In this document: one piece after another, positions 11,765 to 21,800 of the stretch | Position numbering within the stretch: the stretch's first letter is position 1 | Layout of the letters: every line of letters begins with the position of its first letter | Source of the DNA: Octopus bimaculoides | Taxonomy: Eukaryota | Assembly (NCBI RefSeq): GCF_001194135.2 | Contig: NC_068989.1 | Span: 16,535,562-16,569,820, forward strand | Reading direction: 5' to 3' | DNA length: 34,259 bases | Translations under genes and position numbers: made by a program | Notes under the pieces: generated by a model | What the model was told of the DNA's origin: nothing | The model's database searches: none | The model's input: the letters and a program-made list of their open reading frames with translations, nothing else

Positions 11765-11910
11765 TAAGAAGTTCGTTTCACAATCATGAAGTTCTGACTT
11801 CGATTACATTCAGAGCTAACTTCAGCAAGTGTCTGTTACTAAAGCCTCGGGTTGACCAAAGCCTTGTGAGCGGAATTGGGAGGACAGAATCTGAAGACAA
11901 GCCCGTTGGA
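11765..11910 (+). mobile_element. Degenerate SINE family A 5' portion, cut at the LTR
   Basis: taagaagttcg...caagtgtct...agcctcgggttgaccaaagccttgtgag aligns by eye to 24500-24630. Confidence 0.6.
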
Positions 11911-11916
11911 TTGATC

Positions 11917-12476
11917 TGTAGTGGCGCGAAATTATAGCCGTCTTTGAGGAAGTACTATTCTGCGCATGCGCAATGGACTTCACCACCGGAAGCCCCTCGA
12001 GTGCGCATGCGTAGTAAAACTGGTACTTAAAGGGTTGGTTTCACTTTGTTAGGCAGTTGAGTGACAGACCTTCTTCGTGACAACTCCTCGCTCCTCAACG
12101 AAGCACTCTTCACCTCGATGCCTTCGATGGTGATAGCTACTTGCTTCTCTGGCAGGCGTCAAGGAAGCCCTTAACCTTCCAATACCAACTACAACTTAAN
12201 NNNNNNNNNAAGCACTCTTCACCTCGATGCCTTCGATGGTGATAGCTACTTGCTTCTCTGGCAGGCGTCAAGGAAGCCCTTAACCTTCCAATACCAACTA
12301 CAACTTAATCAGCGGCTGCTAAGCTGAATGACAGGAATTGTGGAACTAAGCGTCATCAAAAATAAAACTTATTTTTATTATGTTGTTGAATTGTTCTACT
12401 GTTCCCTAATATAGAATTATGTTGAAAGGTGATAGAGAGAGACTAATGTCTCTATTACAACTATCAAACCTTTACA
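11917..12476 (+). mobile_element. LTR of an LTR retrotransposon (Ty3/gypsy-like), 5' LTR
   Basis: Starts TGTA and ends TACA, with a PBS one base downstream. It contains a 99-bp duplication around a 10-N gap (assembly overlap). Confidence 0.75.
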
Positions 12477-12477
12477 C

Positions 12478-12495
12478 TGGTGACCCCGACGTGAT
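12478..12495 (+). promoter_or_regulatory. Primer binding site complementary to the tRNA-Trp 3' end
   Basis: TGGTGACCCCGACGTGAT is the reverse complement of the eukaryotic tRNA-Trp 3' end (AUCACGUCGGGGUCACCA). It lies immediately after the LTR-terminal CA. Confidence 0.8.
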
Positions 12496-12683
12496 ACAAA
12501 CACGCAGCCTTTTCACACTAGGTTACGCTGACTCCATCCGATATGTACGTTAAGGAATCTCGTGTTTGCAAAATGTTCGGGCACTTATATGCTTATTTAA
12601 TGAGCATGTAGTTCAGCTGAGGGAAGAACTGAATACTTTTTTTCCTCGAATTTCTGTCAGCCTATGAATTTGTCTTTTCCTGT

Positions 12684-13227
12684 GAATTTCTGTCAGCCTA
12701 AGTCCTCGCTTTCAACATGTGTGTACATTATAAAAGTGATGATTTAAAGTGGTTCTACGATTTAGCGTCTACTTTCAGTATATAGGCATGGTTACCTCTG
12801 TGCCCTTAATTATAATTGTATTTTATACTATTATAAATCTCTAAATATAAAACAGACCTTAACAGGTCTATTTTATATGCTGGCCACTGATAACATTTTT
12901 AACGATTTTATCCTTTATTATTATATTTTAATTTTTCCAGTCACTTCGGGACAGTTTAGTCACTTCCGTACTACTCTGATCAAATACACACGTGTTGAGG
13001 TAGACTACGAAATTGGAAGCAGATATATCTGTGGCATTTGTATGTAATCGCAACTTGCGTTTGCTTAACTGTGGGTTATCTGAATTATTTTATGAATTTC
13101 TATCAGCCTGCTCCCTCGCTTTCAACATGTGTGTCTATTATAAAAGTGATGATTTAAAGTGGTTCGACGGTTTAGCGTCTACTTTCGGCATATATGCATA
13201 ATTGTAATTGTATTTTAGACTATTATG

Positions 13228-13233
<6 letters not shown>
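12684..13233 (+). repeat. Diverged direct repeat, ~140-160 bp (12684-12842 and 13094-13233)
   Basis: Both copies contain gaatttct.tcagcct...cctcgctttcaacatgtgtgt..attataaaagtgatgatttaaagtggttc..cg.tttagcgtctactttc. Confidence 0.85.
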
Positions 13234-13278
<45 letters not shown>

Positions 13279-13300
13279 NNNNNNNNNNNNNNNNNNNNNN

Positions 13301-13333
<33 letters not shown>

Positions 13334-13359
13334 GTATCAACATATAGACACACACATAC

Positions 13360-13392
<33 letters not shown>

Positions 13393-13424
13393 TTCAAACT
13401 TATTGACAACTAACTGATAGTGTG

Positions 13425-13471
<47 letters not shown>

Positions 13472-13473
<2 letters not shown>

Positions 13474-13597
13474 CAAAACAGGAAATTGGAAATTTGGGGG
13501 TATTATTTATTCACCATTACACGTGTTTCATTTACTAATGAAACACAGGTAACGGTGAATAAATAATACCAAAAATTCCCAATTTCCTGCTCTGTTC
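13472..13597. repeat. Long imperfect palindrome/hairpin
   Basis: Arms 13479-13532 and 13537-13589 are reverse complements with a few mismatches, around the loop tact. Confidence 0.9.
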
Positions 13598-13599
13598 TA

Positions 13600-14700
13600 T
13601 AATATCTTTGCAAATAATTTGGCTAACTTACAGCAGCAACTGAGACTACAATAAATGTAATAATGGAATAAGCAGATGTGCTTGAAGAGAAATAGCTGGG
13701 ATCACGAAGTCGCCAGAGAAAGTGCAACAGGGAAATGGAGTTCTCTCTGTCCCTGGATTTAAATGAATGCAAGTGCTGAAAAATATCTTCCCTTGAAGTC
13801 ATCGGCTGTCATACCCGTGTAGTGCCTAGTAATGGGATCAGATGGTGTGAGGATAGCCCTGTATACTACAACCCTTCAGAGACAGGATCCTCTTAGAGGG
13901 CAGGATTTTAGAAGTTGGAGGTTGAGGTTGGGGATTCTGTGGGTGCGTTTTTACACGTACTGATGCGAGTAATGTTAGATGCGATCTTGTCTAAGCAGGA
14001 GTAGCTTACCTTGACTTTATAGGGGTTGAAGAGTTTGTGATACTTATGGCCTCTGGGGAAATGTTTCTTTATCAACGAGTGGAAGCCCTTAGCTACGTTG
14101 GTAGAAACTTTTAGGTCAAATGGGGAGGGAGTGTTATACCAGATTATTTTCCTTTTCCTAATTCTCTTGGGGTGAGGAGAGTGGGGTTAGGGTTCGTCTA
14201 CATACGTTAGCTTCTCAGAAAATCTGCTCCCAACCAAAGCATCGTTGTAGTGGGGGAAACCCTGTTAGAGATCTCCATATTGACTGAGAGTTTAGACATC
14301 CATTTGCTAACGCCTGAAACCAGGTTTCTAATTAGCGGAGTGGGAGGGGCGGTTGAGCTCTTGTGGATATATACCGTTTCTTCATTAGGCTTCCTATAAG
14401 AGTAGTATTTACCCGTATTCAGGTCTAAGGTTACGTCCAAGAAATCGACCGTAGTCAGGTTGGTAGTAACCGTTATGGACAGGTCGAACTCTTTGAATAT
14501 TTTTATCAAGTCCTTGAACTGTCCTTTCGTATGGCTTGAGATAGCCAGGCCATCGTCCCTATAGAGGCCGACCTATGTGGATGGGTACGTTCTTGAAGGT
14601 ATGCGAAATGTATAACCCGACGAGGTCGGCGATTTCTTCACCAAGAAGGAATCGTCATGGACCAGAATTGACTTTCTGGCATTTCATGATGATTCTGATA
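13600..14700 (-). mobile_element. Penelope-like retroelement fossil (RT C-terminal half plus GIY-YIG endonuclease)
   Basis: Minus-strand frames in order: GEEIADLVGLYI, GLYRDDGLAI (RT catalytic YRDD), DFLDVTLDLNTGKYYSYRKPN, RKRKIIWYNT...KKHFPRGHKYHKLFNPYKVKVSYSC, then CPLRGSCL*RVVVYRA...HYTGMTADDFKGRY/HSFK...ENSISL (GIY-YIG). Stops and frameshifts are present, and the 5' part runs into a gap. Confidence 0.85.
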
Positions 14701-14992
14701 TNNNNNNNNNNNNNNNNNNNNNNNNNNNNNNNNNNNNNNNNNNNNNNNNNNNNNNNNNNNNNNNNNNNNNNNNNNNNNNNNNNNNNNNNNNNNNNNNNNN
14801 NNNNNNNNNNNNNNNNNNNNNNNNNNNNNNNNNNNNNNNNNNNNNNNNNNNNNNNNNNNNNNNNNNNNNNNNNNNNNNNNNNNNNNNNNNNNNNNNNNNN
14901 NNNNNNNNNNNNNNNNNNNNNNNNNNNNNNNNNNNNNNNNNNNNNNNNNNNNNNNNNNNNNNNNNNNNNNNNNNNNNNNNNNNNNNNNNNNN

Positions 14993-15177
14993 AAAAACCC
15001 CGCGCTAGTTGAAAATCCGCGAAGTAGAAACAGTATTGTACTGTATTTTATTTTTATTTTTTTATAATTTGTATATATTCAATTTATTATAAATGCAAAA
15101 CAACACCACGGAAGAATCGACGAAAGCATAAATAATAAACCGCGATAGGTGAACCGCGATATGGCGAGGGATTACTG
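14993..15177 (-). mobile_element. pogo/Tigger-like MITE, one end
   Basis: Ends cgcgataggtgaaccgcgatatggcgagggattactg followed by TA. It is the reverse complement of the element at 31831-32589. Confidence 0.75.
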
Positions 15178-15188
15178 TATATATATAT

Positions 15189-15265
<77 letters not shown>

Positions 15266-16570
15266 ATGTATGTACACACACATATTAGAGTGTGTATTCA
15301 CGTGACACAAATCGGAATATATCACGGTGCACATATATATGTAAGGAACAAAACGCGTGATCCTACAACAACAGTTTATCTTCCAAATACATGCAAAGGC
15401 AACATACATGGAAGAAAAAAAATACCATATGAATAGCTTGTAAGAGCTTCCGATCAACGCATGTGTGTGTGTGTGTGTGTTTAAAAACATTATACTACAC
15501 CTAGTCAAGGTCTGGCATTTCTGAGGTAAATAACCTTGTATGGTGAAATTATAGAGCGAGGAATGGGAGTGACGAAAAGAAAAATGAGATACTGGGTCTC
15601 ATGAGTGTTGTAGGAGAGAGTCGGAGGTGAGCGTGTTGTATGTGTGAAGCGAGAGTTTGTGGGTAGAGGTATTGGGTGGGGTGGGGTGGGGGTGAAAATA
15701 TGTAAAGTACTTGTGGGTGGATGGTTGTATGAGTTTGTGTTAGTTACGGTTTTATAATGGTGGAAGAGAGATGGTGGGGTGGGAGAATTGCGAGGCGGGT
15801 AACTCTACTTATCAAAAGCTAATCTTAACCTGTGTAAATTTAGCTGAACGTTTGCACGTGTGCTTTCAATCCCCACCTCTCTGTTTTTCTCTCTTTCTCT
15901 CTCTTTCTCGCTCACTTACTCTCTTTCTTTCTTCCTCTCTCGTTTTCTCAATCTCTTTCTCTGGTCCTCATGGTCGGAGGTGCACATATGTGCACACAGA
16001 TAAATACATTCTCATACACATAGAAACCCATAGACGCACACATAGACATATATATATACAACGGACACCCACACACATGTACACGTTCAATAAGTGTATG
16101 AGAGCAAAGCATACACACAACCACATATACATACAACACACATGCTCATACCTATAGAGTTACATAAACATATACACTTATGTACACAGCTGCGCACGTA
16201 CACACACACATGCTCATACCTAATACGCACGCGTACTTAACAGAGTCAACAGTGTTGCGTAGACGGAACCCAATAACTTATTGACAAACACGAGCTCTGA
16301 GTAGAAAACACTTAAACGCAAGATTGCACGCTTGCAAATTATGCAGAATTTTAAAGACACCTACACACACTAATAACTGAAGACGTGCAGCAGACCTATA
16401 TTCTCGTACGACCACATACACTGCAACACACGCGCGCGCTTGTACGTATACATTTATGCCATGCACAATAGCACTTAAGTAGACACACACACACACACAC
16501 ACACTCACTCACACATCGTACCGGGTATAAAATCATTACAGTTAATTAAATTAAATGCAAGCATAATATG

Positions 16571-16604
<34 letters not shown>

Positions 16605-16680
16605 ACAAAAGGTGCGCATTATTTAAGTGTGTGAAATGACAAATACGTTTCTGTTACTAACTTCACTATCAGCACCGATG

Positions 16681-16886
16681 AGGCGACGAGCTGGCAGAAT
16701 CGTTAGCACACCGTGCAAATGCTTAGTCCTTACGTTCTGAGTTCAAATTTCACCGAGGTCGACTTTTCCTTTTATCCTTTCGAGGTCGATAAATTAAGTA
16801 CCAGTGAAACACTGGGTCGATGTATTCGTCTAGTCCCCTCTCCCCACCAAATTTCAGCCTTTGTGTTTATAGTAGAAAGGATCATT
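16681..16886 (+). mobile_element. tRNA-derived SINE (family B)
   Basis: aggcgacgagctggcagaatcgttagcac...gttctgagttcaaatt...agtagaaaggatcatt. Confidence 0.85.
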
Positions 16887-17681
16887 AGCTCCCATTGTCA
16901 TCAGCTTCAATGTCATTATAACCATCGTCTTCATCATCNNNNNNNNNNNNNNNNNNNNNNNNNNNNNNNNNNNNNNNNNNNNNNNNNNNNNNNNNNNNNN
17001 NNNNNNNNNNNNNNNNNNNNNNNNNNNNNNNNNNNNNNNNNNNNNNNNNNNNNNNNNNNNNNNNNNNNNNNNNNNNNNNNNNNNNNNNNNNNNNNNNNNN
17101 NNNNNNNNNNNNNNNNNNNNNNNNNNNNNNNNNNNNNNNNNNNNNNNNNNNNNNNNNNNNNNNNNNNNNNNNNNNNNNNNNNNNNNNNNNNNNNNNNNNN
17201 NNNNNNNNNNNNNNNNNNNNNNNNNNNNNNNNNNNNNNNNNNNNNNNNNNNNNNNNNNNNNNNNNNNNNNNNNNNNNNNNNNNNNNNNNNNNNNNNNNNN
17301 NNNNNNNNNNNNNNNNNNNNNNNNNNNNNNNNNNNNNNNNNNNNNNNNNNNNNNNNNNNNNNNNNNNNNNNNNNNNNNNNNNNNNNNNNNNNNNNNNNNN
17401 NNNNNNNNNNNNNNNNNNNNNNNNNNNNNNNNNNNNNNNNNNNNNNNNNNNNNNNNNNNNNNNNNNNNNNNNNNNNNNNNNNNNNNNNNNNNNNNNNNNN
17501 NNNNNNNNNNNNNNNNNNNNNNNNNNNNNAGTGGACCCAATGCGCAGGATGGATTTTAGTGCCTACCACCATGACCTACCACTATTCTTGGGAATAGGGA
17601 TGGAGTCAATAGCAGCCACTGGAATACAAGAAGCAATTGTAGTGAAACCACCTCTCTCGGTTATTTATTTACAAATGCGAA

Positions 17682-18652
17682 CGTAGCGGGTAACATCTAT
17701 CTCTTTCCCGCCTTGGACCCTGCTGTGTCCATCACCCTGACTGACTGTTATTTGCGCGGCATTTGTCTTCGGTTTTGTTTCGCGCCAGGGTGCATACCGA
17801 CCAATTGTGGCCATCTAATAACGTCACGTGAGAGAGTGTTTTTCTGATACATCTGGAGCTTCTCTGTACCTATAAATAGCCTGTTTTATCCCCGCCAGTT
17901 GGTCGCGGCTTCAGTCCTTCTAAGGTCTGGTCGTTGACCACCTAACACCAACCAGCCAGTTTCCAGCGACGACATCAACACCATCGTTCAACTGTTTACT
18001 ACAAGCTTCGCCAACGTCAACACGACGTCTCTACGTACACAAGCTACCAACAGCAACCAAACAGCGCCCGCACAGGTTCACTCAATACTGTTGTGAAATA
18101 TCTTCACCAAAGTTAACAGAACTCAACCTGCGAAAACCATCTGTATCAAGTAGCCGGCTCGGCATAGAAGCCTCAACTGCACGACATGTGACTTAGCTCT
18201 GCCTCAACGCCTCAACCTCTTATATACAGACTTTCAATCTACTGTGTACCTTAACTGAGAACTGGTATTTCTAATCCTTGTGTCTGAACTTTTAACGTCC
18301 TTATTATAGACTGTTTTCTATGCTCTGTATCTCTTGCATTCACATACATATATTTGTATGCACACTCTTTGTTTACATGACGGCCTGTCTTATATTGTGT
18401 TTTATTATGTCGCATTCACACTCACACAGACATTCTAGTTGACAACCAATAAACCTTTACTTTTATACATCTTTACCGGTTGAGTCTCTATCTTTTCGTT
18501 GCTGGCAATTTCCTCGCATTTCACATGTGAAGTCTCTTATGTTATAGTATATAACATAATATATATTTTTGTGCCGACCGTGCGACGCGTTAAAAGGAGC
18601 CTGTTTCCATTCGTCACCATTCACCTTTGGTTCGCATGGTCGTTTCTCTACA
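17682..18652 (+). mobile_element. Possible solo LTR (~970 bp)
   Basis: Begins (c)GTAG and ends CTACA. It has a TATA-like tataaatag near 17870 and AATAAA near 18447, and is higher in GC than the flanks. No TSD and no clear PBS were found. Confidence 0.4.
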
Positions 18653-18699
18653 CAATGGTTAACTCATGAGGACAAATCGCTTGATTTGAATGGTCTACC

Positions 18700-19915
18700 C
18701 TACTAGTTTTATGCTTATGTCAGACATGCTCGGCAGCTTCTTGGAACATGTCTATTGCAACTGACAGCAGAACGGAGAATCACCGCTTCTGTGAATTGAG
18801 GAGCGATAGCGCTTGTGAGAAATGACTCGAGCTGGGGGGGGGGGTTCATAACTCTGTTAAAAGTATATGCTATGGTTATAGCAGAAAGTTTGCGCTTGTC
18901 GTCAGTTGCCTGATTGGTAATGCGATAACATGTGTCATTCCGAACATATCTACCCACGTCAATCTCCACCTCATGCGATACATCATAGAGAGACAGGCAA
19001 AGAGCCTAGTATGAGTAGGGTCTCGATCAGCTTTGAGTAGTGGGAAGCCTTCCATAGGGTCGACTACAAATACTCGGTGGCTGTCTTCATAGCAGTCGGT
19101 TTTGGTTACGATTTCAGGGATTGGGTCGCTGCAATGCATAGTTACATCTACTCGGTGGTTACCACACTTGTCACTTCTCAATTTGGTGCTCAGTGCAAAT
19201 GGCAAGCTATCGGTCCCTCAAAATTGTGTCCTTTCGTCTCTTCTGAATGTATTGACTCTACAGAAACTGAAGATTGAGAAGCTTCTCGCGCGAACGAGGA
19301 TACGAAAGATCTGTGCCTTTATATGCGAGCAAGTCACTGTCATAGTGTCGGATACCAAGCACACCGAGGTGATCGGTATTGCTCTAAATGACCGGGGTCA
19401 AAATTACCCAAGAAAAGTTTGTGGGCCTGCTACTGGGCACCTGGAGAGTCAGATCTCTTGGTGAAGAAGAATTGAGAAGTGACAAGCAAAATGACCGACC
19501 TCACCCAGAAATGAACCGAGAGAAAGCTATCCCCGAAGGATCAGGCAGAGTGGCGAACACCTTGATTTCTTTTGTTATATATTATCAACTGGCCGTCATA
19601 GTTTATCCTAGGTCATGTCTGATCAGCTTAGGGCGCCCGCTCTTTCGTTTTTCATGGAAAGAACGCGTTCCACTTATCAAACGGTCCTTCTGCTGTCAAC
19701 ACCGGCAACATAGAAGCCCAGGTACGCCGTGACTAATGATGTGCAGACATTTGTTGTGGGTATTACATCTCCTGAAATTCCTTGACAATGAACTGATGTA
19801 GCCGCCATTTCTCAAATTCGTTCTTTCCCAGCTCGTCCCTTTCACGGTGTTGAGCATCAAGCTAAGAACGAGATAAAGCGCTTGACATATGGAATGCCGT
19901 CAAGCGTTCACTACC
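18700..19915 (+). mobile_element. Degraded L1/Tx1-clade LINE reverse transcriptase
   Basis: Frameshifted motifs in the expected order: FALVVSCLIGNAITCVIPNISTHVNLHLMRYIIER (from 18889), EAFHRVDYKY..AV..AVGFG..FRDWVAAMHS, C.LSSLLNVLTL, VTVIVSD (eroded YADD region), TGVKITQEKFVGLLLGTW. Confidence 0.8.
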
Positions 19916-19949
19916 CTCTACCAGTCTATCAATACCGCCGGTGGGAATT

Positions 19950-20089
19950 CCCTAACCCTAACCCCCTAACCGTAACCGTAACCCTAAACCCTAACCCTAA
20001 CCCTAACCCTTAAACCCTAACCCTGACCCTAAAATCCTTACCCTAACACCCTAGTGAAAATCGTGCGGGTGTTAGTCTGAAAATTTACC
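19950..20089. mobile_element. Truncated element with a (CCCTAA)n array and a GG-type terminus
   Basis: Degenerate CCCTAA array at 19950-20052, followed by ...tgttagtctgaaaatttacc (terminus reads GGTAAA on the minus strand) abutting a SINE 3' half. No matching left end is visible. Confidence 0.5.
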
Positions 20090-21150
20090 AAAATAAGTAT
20101 CAGTTGAGCACTGGGGTCGATGTAATCGACTAGTACCCTCACCCAGATTTCAGGCCTTGTGCTTTTAGTAGAAAGGATTGTTATTATAATTGCTGTTGCT
20201 AAGGCGGCGAGCTAACAGAGTCGTTTGCACAGCGGGCAAATTGCTTCGTGGCATTTCGCCCGTCTTTTCGTTCTGAGTTCAAATTCCGTCGGAGTCGACT
20301 TTGCTTTTCATCCTTTCGGAGTTGATAAATTAAGTACCAGTGAAACAACACTGGAGTCGCCTCCACCAAAATTGCAGGCCTTGTGCCTATAGTAGAAAGG
20401 ATTATTATGACGATCATTGCTTCTGCTGCTGTTCTTATTAAGACGGCGAGCAATCAGTATGGTTAGCGCATTTCGTCCGTCTTTACATTTTGAGTTCAAA
20501 TTCCGCCGCAGTCGACTTTACCTTTCATCCTTTCAGGGTTGATAAAATAAGTACCAGTTGAGCACTGGAGTCGATTCGCTCGACTAGCCCCAACCCCAAA
20601 TTTCAGGTTTTGTGCCTTTAATAGAAAAGGTTATTGTTATTATTGTTGGCAGAATCGATAGAATGTCTGAAATTAAAAATGCCTGACTGTATTTGTTTTG
20701 GTTCATTACGTTCTGGGTAACCTTCAAGTTTAGGGGGATAAAATAAATAAATAAAAATATTCAAGGGAAATAACTGAACGACTTACCAGTATTATCCGTT
20801 TTCTTCTAGCTGTTTATAAATAAATCACACCCTAACCCTAATTCTAACCCTAACCCTAACCCTAACGTCAATCAAATCACGTGTGTGATTTATTTACAAA
20901 CAGAGATGTACGGAGAATACTGGTAAGACGTTCAGTTACTTCCCTTGAATATTTTTATTTATTTATTTTTATCCCCCTAAACTTGAAGATTACCACGTTC
21001 TGAATTCAAGTTACGTCGAGGTCAGCTTTACCTTTCACCTCTCCTGGTTCGAGGGAATCAAATCTCTAGTCAAGAACTGGGGGTTGTCAGTTCCGATATA
21101 TACCTTCATCTCAAAATTGCTGGCCTTGAGCCTATATCAGAAACCATATT
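20090..21150 (+). mobile_element. Head-to-tail cluster of four family B SINE copies
   Basis: Copies at ~20090-20185 (3' half), 20202-20406, 20440-20640 and 20647-21150 (interrupted by a MITE). The first three end agtagaaaggatt-like followed by ATT/GTT repeats. Confidence 0.8.
20716..20994. mobile_element. 279-bp MITE with long TIRs and internal telomere-type repeats, Merlin-like
   Basis: TIRs of ~85 bp (ggtaaccttcaagtttagggggataaaa... / ...ttttatccccctaaacttgaagattacc). Exact 8-bp TSD acgttctg at 20708-20715 and 20995-21002. Core ccctaaccctaattctaaccctaaccctaaccctaa at ~20829-20865. Confidence 0.9.
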
Positions 21151-21264
21151 TATAAGCAATGTTGTTGTTTATTAAGTAGCAGTAGCTGAAGTAGTATTTA
21201 CAATAACAGCAGCGGCCAAGGAAGCAGCGACATCTGCGTGGCAGCGAGAGTAGTGAAAGTAGTA

Positions 21265-21267
21265 GTG

Positions 21268-21309
<42 letters not shown>

Positions 21310-21800
21310 TACCAAGTCGTAGAGGGCAAGAAGGAAAAGGAAAATAAGAAGAGTTAGAAGACGAATTTGAAGAGGAAAATGATGTCGGCTATGATGTTGA
21401 TGACGATTTTGATGATCATGGTGTTGGTGATGATGATTGTGGTGGTGGTGATGATGATTATGGTCGTGATGATGATGATAATGATGACGACGGTCATGAA
21501 GAAGATAGCCAAAGAAGAGAAAGAAAGAACGAACGAAGAAGAAGAAGAAGAAGAAGAAGAAGAAGAAGAAGAAGAAGAAGAACGAGATGAAGAAGAACGA
21601 GACGAAGAAGAAGAAGAAGAAGAAGAAGAAGAAGAAGAAGAAAAGGAAGGGGAAGAAGAAGAAGAAGACTGGGGAAATGAAAAGAACGAAGAGAAAGAAG
21701 ACAATGAGGAAGACGACAAAAAGGAAGAAAGTGAGGACAGAGGGGAGGAAGTGGAAGTAGAAGAGAAAGATGAAAAACAAGAAAAGGAAACAGAACAAGA
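21265..21800. repeat. Compound trinucleotide repeats (GTA)n, (GAT)n, (GAA)n
   Basis: Seen directly. They generate the poly-E, poly-F and poly-S ORFs. Confidence 0.95.

Noticed and set aside
12101-12308. Exact 99-bp tandem duplication inside the LTR
   Set aside because: The identical copies abut a 10-N gap, the typical signature of an unmerged contig overlap.
12734-12790. C-box-like GTGATGA in both direct-repeat copies (snoRNA?)
   Set aside because: No conserved D box (CTGA) at a suitable distance in both copies and no terminal stem.
19388-19732. GTWRVRSL as a LINE APE endonuclease start (GTWNVRSL)
   Set aside because: It follows the RT core and fits the L1/Tx1 post-YADD motif (GAKIN.EKS.GL.LGTW) instead.
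19950-20052. True telomere or chromosome-fusion scar
   Set aside because: The tract is short and degenerate, has no head-to-head inversion, and is embedded among transposon sequences.
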